Positions 1 to 12,193 of a stretch of 64,000 nt of DNA are shown here, in pieces. Below the pieces are notes generated by a model. That model did no database searches. It saw nothing but the letters and a program-made list of their open reading frames with translations, and was not told the origin of the DNA. The position numbers and the translations under genes were made by a program. The stretch is from positions 70,010-134,009 of the forward strand of contig CABZFN010000001.1 of assembly GCA_902525035.1 (NCBI GenBank), read 5' to 3'. The stretch's first letter is position 1. Every line of letters begins with the position of its first letter. Source of the stretch: an uncultured Alphaproteobacteria bacterium (lineage in GTDB: Bacteria; Pseudomonadota; Alphaproteobacteria; HIMB59; GCA-002718135).

Positions 1-496
1 ATTATCTAAATTATTATCTGAAATTGATTCTAATATAAATATATCTATTAGTTCAAATAAGATTGTTTTTATTATCGGTCACATAGTTTTTGTATCAAAA
101 TTAATTGATGGAAGCTTTCCAGACTATAAGAGAGTTATTCCTAATGATAATAAAAATATATTAAAAGTAAATAGGGATAAATTATTATCTGCTGTAGATA
201 GAGTTAGCACTATTGCTAATGAAAAATCACCTGTTATTAAATTTAAATTATTAAAAAATATTCTTAATTTGAATACTATAAATAATGAGAGTAGTACTGC
301 ATCAGAAGATGTAGAAATTAATTATAATGGAATTGAAATTGAAATAGGATTTAACTCAAAATATATAATGGATATAGTTAATAACCTAGAAGATAATGAA
401 ATATCAATTTACTTAAAAGATAATACATCCCCAGTAATAGCTAAGGAGAACTCAAATACAGATCTCATATACGTTTTAATGCCTATGAGAGTATAA
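1..496 (+). CDS. dnaN: DNA polymerase III beta sliding clamp, C-terminal part (5' end lies outside the window)
   Basis: Frame 2 is open from the window edge to TAA at 494-496. The translation ...LIDGSFPDYKRVIP...DLIYVLMPMRV matches the conserved clamp C-terminus. It is followed by recF-gyrB, the classic order. The track ORF 269..496 is only its tail. Confidence 0.9.
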   Translation, partial: LSKLLSEIDSNINISISSNKIVFIIGHIVFVSKLIDGSFPDYKRVIPNDNKNILKVNRDKLLSAVDRVSTIANEKSPVIKFKLLKNILNLNTINNESSTASEDVEINYNGIEIEIGFNSKYIMDIVNNLEDNEISIYLKDNTSPVIAKENSNTDLIYVLMPMRV

Positions 497-499
497 AAT

Positions 500-4044
<3,545 letters not shown>

Positions 4045-4050
4045 AGATTA

Positions 4051-5280
4051 ATGAATACAATATTACTTGGCAATCTTATAAAAATAAGATGGATTGCAAT
4101 AATTGGTCAATTTTTAGCAGTTTTCTTTGTTTTCTACGTATTTAAAATTCAAATTCCTTTTTTTGAAACATTAACAATAATACTACTTTCAGTAGCAGTA
4201 AATTTATATTCATATTTTGATGAAAGAAAAAATAAGTCAATAAGCAATATTAAAGCATTTTCTTTTTTGCTTTTTGATACATTGCAATTAGGTTTTTTGC
4301 TGTTCCTTACAGGTGGAATAGTTAATCCATTTTCAATTTTAATTTTAGCACCTGTAATAACTTCTGCCTCATATCTACCAGCATTAATGACAGTATTATT
4401 ATCAACAATTTCCATATTAATAATAATAATGTTAAATTTTTACTTTATCCCTCTTGAATTAGGAGCAGAATTTTATCTGCCTAAAATTTATAATTTTGGT
4501 TTAGTTTCATCTTTGATAATAACTGTAATTTTTATTGCTATTTATGCTTATCTTTTTGCAAGTTCATCAAGAAAAATTTCTAATGCACTATCTGTTTCTA
4601 AGCTCCAAATTCTTAACCAAAAAAAAATAACAGAGGTTGGTTCATTAAGTGCAGCTGCAGCACATGAACTTGGAACACCTTTAAATACTATTTTTTTAAT
4701 TTTAAATGACTTATTAAAAGAAAAAAAATTAACCGATGATAAAAATATTGTTAAAGATATTGTTTTATTAAAATCACAAGCAGAGAGATGTAAAGAAATA
4801 TTACAAAGATTTTCAAAAAATCCTTTAAAATTAAAAGATAAGTTCCTTGAAAAAGTCAAAATTACAGATTTAATTAAAATTAATTTTGATAAATTTAATA
4901 AAAATAAAAAACTTATTATAAAGGAAAACTTAATAAATGATGAACCTGAAATTATTTTTAAAGATGAAATAATGTATGCCTTAGGAAATATAATTCAAAA
5001 TGCGATACATTATTCTAGAAAAGTTGTTACAGCAGATTTAACCTATAATAAATCTAATCTAAAAATAATTATCACAGATGATGGTTTGGGATTTGCAAAA
5101 GAAATCATCGATAAATTAGGTGAACCTTATATCTCAAAAAATAACCAAGGTATGGGACTAGGTATATTTATATCAAAAAATTTAATAGAAAATATGGGAG
5201 GTAAAATTCATTTTTATAACTCTGAGGATGAAAATGCAGTTGTTGAAATTACATTCGATAACTCTATCTTAAATATATGA
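4051..5280 (+). CDS. regB: Redox-sensing membrane histidine kinase, RegB/PrrB/ActS family
   Basis: 409 aa. The N-terminal half is polytopic and carries the RegB-type GGxxNPF motif (GGIVNPF). H-box is SAAAAHELGTPL, followed by a conserved Cys context (AERCKEIL) and a HATPase_c domain. It overlaps the downstream regA-like gene. Confidence 0.8.
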   Translation: MNTILLGNLIKIRWIAIIGQFLAVFFVFYVFKIQIPFFETLTIILLSVAVNLYSYFDERKNKSISNIKAFSFLLFDTLQLGFLLFLTGGIVNPFSILILAPVITSASYLPALMTVLLSTISILIIIMLNFYFIPLELGAEFYLPKIYNFGLVSSLIITVIFIAIYAYLFASSSRKISNALSVSKLQILNQKKITEVGSLSAAAAHELGTPLNTIFLILNDLLKEKKLTDDKNIVKDIVLLKSQAERCKEILQRFSKNPLKLKDKFLEKVKITDLIKINFDKFNKNKKLIIKENLINDEPEIIFKDEIMYALGNIIQNAIHYSRKVVTADLTYNKSNLKIIITDDGLGFAKEIIDKLGEPYISKNNQGMGLGIFISKNLIENMGGKIHFYNSEDENAVVEITFDNSILNI

Positions 5281-5804
5281 GTATGAAACTTTTAATTGTA
5301 GATGATGATTTACCTTTTAGAGAAAGGCTTACAAGATCTATGGAAAAAAAGGGGTTTGAAGTTACTTCTTCTCCTAGTTTTAAAGATTCTATAGCTAAAG
5401 TAACAGAAAATAACTTTGATTATGCAGTTGTTGATATGAGATTAGAGGATGGTTCTGGACTAGAATTAGTTAAGGAATTACAAAAGATTAGTCCACAAAC
5501 TAAATCATTATTGTTAACTGGTTATGGTAATATTGCAACAGCTGTTGCAGCAATTAAATCTGGTGCAATAGACTATTTACCTAAACCAGCAGAAATTGAT
5601 CAAATTTATGATGCACTCACTAATTCAAAGGAAATTTTACCACCTCCACCTGAAAATCCTATGACTGCTGATAGAATTAGATGGGAACATATTCAAAGAG
5701 TGTTTATACAGTGTAATAGAAATGTATCCGAAACAGCAAGACGATTAAGAATGCACAGACGTACATTGCAGAGAATACTGAATAAACATGCTCCAAGAGA
5801 ATAA
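5277..5804 (+). CDS. regA: Response regulator RegA/PrrA/ActR family (REC domain plus Fis-type HTH)
   Basis: 175 aa with a REC domain (LLIVDDD...VVDMRLEDGSG...KP) and the C-terminal HTH NVSETARRLRMHRRTLQRILNK typical of RegA/ActR. 4-nt overlap with regB. Confidence 0.8.
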   Translation: MSMKLLIVDDDLPFRERLTRSMEKKGFEVTSSPSFKDSIAKVTENNFDYAVVDMRLEDGSGLELVKELQKISPQTKSLLLTGYGNIATAVAAIKSGAIDYLPKPAEIDQIYDALTNSKEILPPPPENPMTADRIRWEHIQRVFIQCNRNVSETARRLRMHRRTLQRILNKHAPRE

Positions 5805-6819
5805 AAAAACTTTATCAATAGTAATACCAGTTTTTAATGAAAGTAACTTTCTTTGTAAACTTTTCGATGACATCAAAAATCATTTTAATAAAGAAAATAT
5901 TGAAGTAATAATAGTAGATGACGGATCTACAGACGGCTCTACTGAAATATTAAACGATTTAAAAAAAAAACAAGACTATAAATTCTTATTTGAAATAATA
6001 AAACTTGAATCTAATTCAGGTAAAGGGAACGCAATTCAAATTGGAATACAAAAAACTGAGGGAGAATATGTACTTCTTCAGGACGCGGATTTAGAATTAG
6101 ATATCAAAGATGCAAAAGAGATGTTTGATATGATAATTTCAAACAAAGATATTAAATGTATATTTGGGAGTAGGTATCTATCTGGTAAATTAAAAAAAAA
6201 TAATTATTTTTTCAACAATCTTATTGGAAAATTAAATTCTTTAATTTTTAATATTTTTTTTTCACAATCATTAAGTGATGTTCATTGTGGATTAAAGATT
6301 TTACATAGGAATGTTATTGAAAGGATTAGACTAAGTGTTAATGATTTTGGTATTGAAATTGATTTAGCTTCTCAAATTGTAAGAAATAATTTTTTTATCT
6401 ATGAATTTGGTGTCTCGTATTTTTTTAGATCTAAAGCACAGGGAAAAAAAATAACTTGGGTAGATGGTTTAAAATCTTTTTATTATCTTATTAAAGTAAG
6501 ATTTTTTGACAATTCTACTTCAACAAATTTATCTATATTATTTTCTTCTATTTATATGGCATTTGTAGGATCACATTTTGGCATGGGGTTAGGAAATACA
6601 TTATTTATTTTTACTTTTTTTATTTTAGGCTCTGTATTGGGAATTCATTTTAAAATCTTTTCTTCATCTATAATATTCTTCTTTATTTTTATTGGTTCAT
6701 TATTTGGCAAAGGTAATGGAACAACATTTTCTGTTATTATTTTCTTTTTTTTAGGATTATTTATTGCAAGAAAATCAAAGAAATATTTCTTAAATTCTAA
6801 TTTTAATCATTATCTTTAA
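5788..6819 (+). CDS. Family 2 glycosyltransferase with C-terminal transmembrane segments (polyprenyl-phosphate sugar synthase-like, GtrB/ArnC/DPM1 type)
   Basis: 343 aa. GT2 signature is present (SIVIPVFNE...VDDGSTDGS...LQDADLE), and the last ~110 aa are strongly hydrophobic. The start overlaps the regA end by 17 nt. Confidence 0.75.
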   Translation: MLQENKKTLSIVIPVFNESNFLCKLFDDIKNHFNKENIEVIIVDDGSTDGSTEILNDLKKKQDYKFLFEIIKLESNSGKGNAIQIGIQKTEGEYVLLQDADLELDIKDAKEMFDMIISNKDIKCIFGSRYLSGKLKKNNYFFNNLIGKLNSLIFNIFFSQSLSDVHCGLKILHRNVIERIRLSVNDFGIEIDLASQIVRNNFFIYEFGVSYFFRSKAQGKKITWVDGLKSFYYLIKVRFFDNSTSTNLSILFSSIYMAFVGSHFGMGLGNTLFIFTFFILGSVLGIHFKIFSSSIIFFFIFIGSLFGKGNGTTFSVIIFFFLGLFIARKSKKYFLNSNFNHYL

Positions 6820-8125
6820 GTTTACTTAAACCCATACAGAGTCCAATAATAAAGAAAGTTGTTACACCATACCAGTTTTTAATTAAACTTCCCGTAGACA
6901 TAATTGGCCAGAACATCAATAAAATAATAACCAAAGAGATGATTTTGTATTTCTTATCACCACTATTATTAAGTATAAAACTTACTAAGAAGTATACGTA
7001 TAATATAAATATAATAAATACAATTAAACCACCCTCTGCTAACCACTGAATATAAATATTATGTGGATGAGATGCACATTCATAATTAATCATCATTTTT
7101 TTATATGAATCATTATATTTACATAAGTACTGAAAATTATTTATTCCAATTCCTGTAATTGGATTATCTAAAAACATCTTGTATGATAATAAATAAATTT
7201 CTCCATAAGCTGATGTACTAAAATTTTTAATAACTTCAAAAAAACTAGGTTGAACATTTAAAATCTTTGAGCATAATTTTTCTGAGTCATCATTGCATTT
7301 GAAAACTTTTTCAATTTTTTGACCTTGATGATATTGAGTGGATTCAATAATCTTAAAATCATTATAAAAAGGATGCAAGTAAATCGATACAAATATAAAT
7401 AAGGCTCCCAAAGCTAATGATAAAAATATTGATCTTCTAAAACCCTTTAAAAGTATTAATAAAATAGATAAACTTAATGCAAACGTTGCAAATGCCATTC
7501 TCTCCCCGGATACATAACTAATCAATAGTATTAATGATAAATAAATTGGAAGAATAATTGTCTTATTTTTCAATTTTTTAATTGAAATAAGTATTACAAA
7601 TCCAAACAAACCAAATTTAGATACATAAGATCCAGGTATTAATTCATCTCCAAATGGACCAGTTAACCTGCCATACCAATTAGATTTAAATCCAAATATA
7701 TCTTTACCAAAACCATTTTCAGAAGTATAGTTTAAGAACTGATAAAGAGTATCTAAGCAAACAAAAATAACAAGAAATAAAATTAAGCATAAAGTTTGTT
7801 TAAAAATTTTTATATTTTTAAAAAATATAAAATAACAAAGAAATGGTATCAATAATAACCTTATAAAAATAAAAGCATCTTGAAATGAGTTTATCTTATT
7901 ATATGAAAATACACTTATAAATAAAAGACCCAACCACAATATTATGGATATTCTAAAATAATTAATTTTAATTAAATTTTTATATTCTTTAATATAAACA
8001 AGGCTAATAATACCAAATATTGAACCTAATGAAATTATTATATCGGGAATTGCTGGTCCTGTTATAAGTAATAGTGGTATTAAAATAAAAAGATATTTTA
8101 GAATCTTTTCAGACTGTATCATCAT
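6803..8125 (-). CDS. O-antigen ligase/polymerase-like polytopic membrane protein (Wzy_C family)
   Basis: 440 aa with about 10-12 predicted TM segments, a large loop, and a Wzy_C-like motif (...GIGINNF...HPHNIYIQWLAEGGLIVF). Convergent 17-nt overlap with the GT2 gene. Confidence 0.65.
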   Translation of the reverse strand: MMIQSEKILKYLFILIPLLLITGPAIPDIIISLGSIFGIISLVYIKEYKNLIKINYFRISIILWLGLLFISVFSYNKINSFQDAFIFIRLLLIPFLCYFIFFKNIKIFKQTLCLILFLVIFVCLDTLYQFLNYTSENGFGKDIFGFKSNWYGRLTGPFGDELIPGSYVSKFGLFGFVILISIKKLKNKTIILPIYLSLILLISYVSGERMAFATFALSLSILLILLKGFRRSIFLSLALGALFIFVSIYLHPFYNDFKIIESTQYHQGQKIEKVFKCNDDSEKLCSKILNVQPSFFEVIKNFSTSAYGEIYLLSYKMFLDNPITGIGINNFQYLCKYNDSYKKMMINYECASHPHNIYIQWLAEGGLIVFIIFILYVYFLVSFILNNSGDKKYKIISLVIILLMFWPIMSTGSLIKNWYGVTTFFIIGLCMGLSKLKDND

Positions 8126-9047
8126 TTTTATTAATTACTTTCATAAATACGTCCTCTAAATCACCTTCAAAAGTATTAATTTCTTTGAATTCTATTTGAT
8201 TACTATTAAGAATATCAATAATCTTTTTTATATTAGTTTTGTTCTTATCATAACTAAGTTTCAATAATCTTTTATCTATAACAGGTTTAAATTGTTTTAA
8301 TTCTTCAGGTATACTAACAGCTTTATTTAAGACAAAAGCAACCGATTTTGTTGATATAATATTTAAAAGATCATTTTTAGATCCCTCAATAATTTTTTTA
8401 CCATAATTAATTATAGTTATATTATCGCAAAGATTTTCAGCTTCTTCTAAATAATGAGTTGTTAAACATATAGTCTTTCCTTGTTCGCTTATTCTTTTAA
8501 TGTAATTCCAAACTGAGGTTCTTATATCAATATCAACTCCCGCAGTTGGTTCATCTAAAATTATCATTTCAGGATTATGAACTAATGCCTTTCCTATAAG
8601 TAATCTTCGTCTCATTCCACCAGATAGTGTTCTAGCGTAAGCATTCCTTTGATCAGTTAATTTTAAATTTTCAAGAATTTCCTCAGTTTTCCTTTTTCTT
8701 TTTGGAACACCATATAATCCCGCTTGAAGCTCTAGCAACTCAGCTGGAGAAAAAAATGGATCAATATTAAGTTCTTGAGGAACGATACCTATCTTGAATT
8801 TACTTAATTTAATATTTTTATCTATATCTATTCCACAAATATTTACATTTCCTGAATTTTTTTTAACTAAACCACCGAGAATATTTATAAAAGTTGATTT
8901 ACCTGCGCCATTAGGGCCCAACAATCCATGAATTTTTCCTCTCTCAAGTTTTATACTAAAATCAATCAGCGCATTAACTTTTTGAGATTTTTTATAAAAA
9001 ACTTTATTTACATTTTTAGCTTCAATTGAATATTTATAATCTGACAT
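8109..9047 (-). CDS. ABC transporter ATP-binding protein (ABC-2/YadG-like, with C-terminal accessory domain)
   Basis: 312 aa with Walker A GPNGAGKST, signature LSGGMRRRL and Walker B IILDEPTAGVD. The stop overlaps the start of the Wzy_C-like gene by 17 nt. Confidence 0.85.
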   Translation of the reverse strand: MSDYKYSIEAKNVNKVFYKKSQKVNALIDFSIKLERGKIHGLLGPNGAGKSTFINILGGLVKKNSGNVNICGIDIDKNIKLSKFKIGIVPQELNIDPFFSPAELLELQAGLYGVPKRKRKTEEILENLKLTDQRNAYARTLSGGMRRRLLIGKALVHNPEMIILDEPTAGVDIDIRTSVWNYIKRISEQGKTICLTTHYLEEAENLCDNITIINYGKKIIEGSKNDLLNIISTKSVAFVLNKAVSIPEELKQFKPVIDKRLLKLSYDKNKTNIKKIIDILNSNQIEFKEINTFEGDLEDVFMKVINKNDDTV

Positions 9048-9078
9048 TTATTTAAAATCTTATATATTTAAATTTACA

Positions 9079-11820
9079 ATGAATAAAAAGAGTAGATTAA
9101 TACTTGTTGATGGTTCAGCATATATTTTTAGAGCCTATTATGGTCTCCCTCCCATGAATCGTGCTGATGGTACTCCAATTAATGCAGTTTTTGGTTTCAC
9201 AAATATGCTTGTTAAGCTCATAGAAGATTATAGTGATGATAAAATGATAGTAATATTTGATGCAGCAAGAGAAAATTTTAGAAATGATATTTATCCTCAG
9301 TATAAAGCTAATAGAGGAGAAGCTCCTGATGATTTAATACCACAGTTTCCTTTAATAAGAGAGTGCGTAAAGAGTTTTAATATACCTCAATTAGAAATAG
9401 AGGGATTTGAAGCTGATGATTTAATAGCTACTTATGTAAACTTAGCAGAAAAAGATAAAATTGAGACTATCATAGTTTCTTCAGATAAAGATTTAATGCA
9501 GCTAGTTAGTAAAAATGTGACAATGCTTGATCCAATGAAAAATAAAAAAATAGAAATTAAAGATGTTGAGGAAAAATTTGGAGTACAACCAAACAAAGTT
9601 ATTTTTATTCAAGCTCTAACAGGAGATAAAGTTGATAACATTCCAGGTGCTCCAGGTATTGGTCCTAAAACAGCATCTCAACTAATTAATGAATTTAGTG
9701 ATATTGATGGGTTAATGAAAAATCTAAGTAAAATTAAACAAGAAAAAAGAAGAAATATTTTAACAGAAGCAGAAAATGATATCAGATTAAGCTTAGAACT
9801 TGTAAGATTAAAAAATGATGTCCAAATATCTAAGAGTATTAACAAAATAAGAACGTATAATGAATTAAAAAATGAAAATAATAATATTTTTGAGTTCCTT
9901 AAAGAGCAGGGTTTTAGATCAACATCTGAAAGATTAAAATCCAATTCTTTTATATCTAGTGATAATGATAACATTATTCAAAAAAAAGAAATAGAACCAA
10001 AGTACCAATTAATTAATTCAAAAAAAATTTTTGAAAAGATTTTAAATGAAATTGAAAAAAAAGGTATATGCGCTATTGATACTGAAACTAACTCTCTCAA
10101 TATAGAAAAAGCTAAATTAGTTGGCATATCAATATGTTATAATGAAAATATTTCTTACTATATTCCTATAAACCATACTACGTTAGATGGCTCAAAAAAA
10201 GTAGATAATCAATTAGAAGAAAAGTATGTAATTAATCATATTAATAAAATTTGTAAAAATGTTTCAATCTTAAAAATTGGCCAAAACATTAAATATGATA
10301 TTAGAATTTTAAATAAGTATGGAGTAACGTTTAATTCAATTGCAGATACAATGTTAATTTCCTATTCAATTGATAATGGAATTTATAAGCACAATTTAGA
10401 TGATCTTTCATTTAATCATTTAAATCATAATACAATTAAATATAAAGAAGTTGTTGGTACAGGAAAAAATGAAATTACTTTTGATAAAGTAACTATTGAT
10501 AAGGCAATTAATTATGCTGCAGAAGATTCTTTATTAACATTCAGGCTTTTTCAATATCTTTATCCTCGTTTAATAAAAGAAAAGGCCAATTTTGTTTACC
10601 AAAACATCGATCTGCCTCTTGTAGAGGTATTATCTTCAATTGAAGCAAATGGCATAGAGGTCAATAAAAAGTTTTTAACAACTCTAAGTAGTGAATTTGA
10701 AAATGAAAGTAAAAAACTTGAAAAGAATATTTATAAACTTTCAAAACAAGAGTTCAATATTGGCTCACCTAAACAATTAGGAGAGATATTATTTGTTAAT
10801 CTTAAAATACCTGGTGGTAAAAAAACAAAATCAGGAACATTTTCTACTGATTCTTCAACTTTAAATAATTTAGCCTCAGATGGATTTGATATTGCACAAC
10901 AGGTTCTTGATTGGAGGGAATTAACAAAACTAAAATCAACTTATACTGATGCTTTGTTTAGATTAACTGATGGCAAAAGTAGAGTTCATACATCATTTGG
11001 TTTAGCTAATACTTTAACAGGTCGATTAAGCTCTACAGATCCAAATCTTCAAAATATCCCAATTAGAACTGAAAATGGAAAAAAAATTAGAACAGCTTTT
11101 GTTAGTGGAAAAGGGAAAAAACTAGTTAGTTTTGATTATTCTCAAATAGAGCTAAGATTAGCTGCAGAAATTTCTTGTGATAAAAATTTTATTAAAGCTT
11201 TTAAAAACAATGAAGATATTCACGCATCAACTGCTAAGGAAATATTCAATTTAGACGATACTCAAATAAATAATGATTATAGAAGAAAAGCAAAAGCAAT
11301 TAATTTTGGCATTCTATATGGAATTAGTCCTTACGGTTTAGCTAAACAACTTGATATTTCCAATACCGAAGCAAAAAATTATATAAATGAGTATTTTATT
11401 AAATATCCAAAAATTAAAAAATATATGGACCATCAAATTGATTTTGCAAAAACAAATCAATACGTTGAAACAATCTTTAAAAGAAAAATTAATATTAAGG
11501 GAATTGCCGACAAGAATTTTGCTGTTAGAGGTTTTGCAGAAAGACAAGCTATCAATGCCCCAATACAAGGCAGTGCAGCAGATATTATTAAGTTAGCAAT
11601 GATTGAAATTCATAAGGAAATAAAACTTAAAAATATTGAGGCTGAGATGCTTTTACAAGTACATGATGAACTAATTTTTGAAGTTGAAAATAAAAAATAT
11701 GACAATTTAGTAAGTAATGTAAAAACTATAATGGAGTCAGTTCATTTAAAATATAAAGATTTTTCAGTTCCACTCACTGTTGATTTTGGTGCTGGTGATC
11801 ATTGGGGACAGGCACATTAG
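9079..11820 (+). CDS. polA: DNA polymerase I
   Basis: 913 aa with a 5' nuclease domain (LVDGSAYIFRAYY), a 3'-5' exonuclease domain, and polymerase motifs (DYSQIELR, RRKAKAINFGILYG, QVHDELIFE). Confidence 0.97.
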   Translation: MNKKSRLILVDGSAYIFRAYYGLPPMNRADGTPINAVFGFTNMLVKLIEDYSDDKMIVIFDAARENFRNDIYPQYKANRGEAPDDLIPQFPLIRECVKSFNIPQLEIEGFEADDLIATYVNLAEKDKIETIIVSSDKDLMQLVSKNVTMLDPMKNKKIEIKDVEEKFGVQPNKVIFIQALTGDKVDNIPGAPGIGPKTASQLINEFSDIDGLMKNLSKIKQEKRRNILTEAENDIRLSLELVRLKNDVQISKSINKIRTYNELKNENNNIFEFLKEQGFRSTSERLKSNSFISSDNDNIIQKKEIEPKYQLINSKKIFEKILNEIEKKGICAIDTETNSLNIEKAKLVGISICYNENISYYIPINHTTLDGSKKVDNQLEEKYVINHINKICKNVSILKIGQNIKYDIRILNKYGVTFNSIADTMLISYSIDNGIYKHNLDDLSFNHLNHNTIKYKEVVGTGKNEITFDKVTIDKAINYAAEDSLLTFRLFQYLYPRLIKEKANFVYQNIDLPLVEVLSSIEANGIEVNKKFLTTLSSEFENESKKLEKNIYKLSKQEFNIGSPKQLGEILFVNLKIPGGKKTKSGTFSTDSSTLNNLASDGFDIAQQVLDWRELTKLKSTYTDALFRLTDGKSRVHTSFGLANTLTGRLSSTDPNLQNIPIRTENGKKIRTAFVSGKGKKLVSFDYSQIELRLAAEISCDKNFIKAFKNNEDIHASTAKEIFNLDDTQINNDYRRKAKAINFGILYGISPYGLAKQLDISNTEAKNYINEYFIKYPKIKKYMDHQIDFAKTNQYVETIFKRKINIKGIADKNFAVRGFAERQAINAPIQGSAADIIKLAMIEIHKEIKLKNIEAEMLLQVHDELIFEVENKKYDNLVSNVKTIMESVHLKYKDFSVPLTVDFGAGDHWGQAH

Positions 11821-11828
11821 AATTTTTT

Positions 11829-11957
11829 ATGCCTGCCAAAAAAAAATTTAAGAGAAGAAATCCCTATGCTCAAGATTTAAAACTACCAAAGTACAAACAA
11901 CGAGTTGTAAGAAGTAAAAAAACTTATTCGAGAAAGGGAAATAAAAAAGTTATTTAG
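11829..11957 (+). CDS. Candidate small basic protein (42 aa), ArfA-like (alternative ribosome rescue factor A-like)
   Basis: Not in the ORF track because it is under 60 aa. ATG at 11829, TAG at 11955-11957. Translation: MPAKKKFKRRNPYAQDLKLPKYKQRVVRSKKTYSRKGNKKVI. It aligns by eye to the E. coli ArfA core as I recall it, N-x8-P-x-[FY]-[RK]-Q-R-V...KK...[ST]Y-x-RKG-x-K. It fills an otherwise empty 133-nt spacer. Confidence 0.4.
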   Translation: MPAKKKFKRRNPYAQDLKLPKYKQRVVRSKKTYSRKGNKKVI

Positions 11958-12193
11958 AAATCTTCATCAAAGGTATTTATTTCAAACCATTTTTCAAGCT
12001 CATGATACCCGCCTATTTTTTCACCATTTAAGATTATTTGAGGAAAAGTCTTTGCATTTGGAAATTTTTCAAAAAAATCTTCTCTACTATAATCCTTATC
12101 AAGCATATAAATTTTTGGATTATATTTAGATAATCTTAATTTAGCTCTATCACAGTAACCACAATTAGTTTTAGAATATATCTCAACTTCCAT
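11954..12193 (-). CDS. Glutaredoxin (RNR-associated, CGYC active site)
   Basis: 79 aa with a CGYC redox motif and a Grx-type TFPQIILNGEKIGGY segment. The start shares 1 nt with the nrdB stop, so it is the last gene of the nrdA-nrdB-grx operon. Confidence 0.8.
   Translation of the reverse strand: MEVEIYSKTNCGYCDRAKLRLSKYNPKIYMLDKDYSREDFFEKFPNAKTFPQIILNGEKIGGYHELEKWFEINTFDEDF

Noticed and set aside
269-496. The 75-aa track ORF at the window start, considered as an independent small gene.
   Set aside because: The same frame is open back to position 2 and encodes contiguous DnaN sequence, so this is simply the end of the truncated dnaN.
5961-5970. Homopolymer tracts inside envelope genes as potential phase-variation switches. 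Examples: A10 at 5961-5970 in the GT2 gene, with other A/T runs of 8-10 in GT and membrane genes, and T10 at 16071-16080.
   Set aside because: Runs of this length are scattered throughout housekeeping genes in this very AT-rich, Lys/Phe-rich genome (for example in recF, polA and the histidine kinases). They are not specifically enriched at contingency-type loci.
11809-11835. Hairpin caggca...tgcctg spanning the polA stop, considered as the polA terminator.
   Set aside because: It is followed by an A-run rather than a T-run on the plus strand, and by no T-run on the minus strand. It has a 15-nt loop. It is mentioned only as possible occlusion of the small-ORF start codon.
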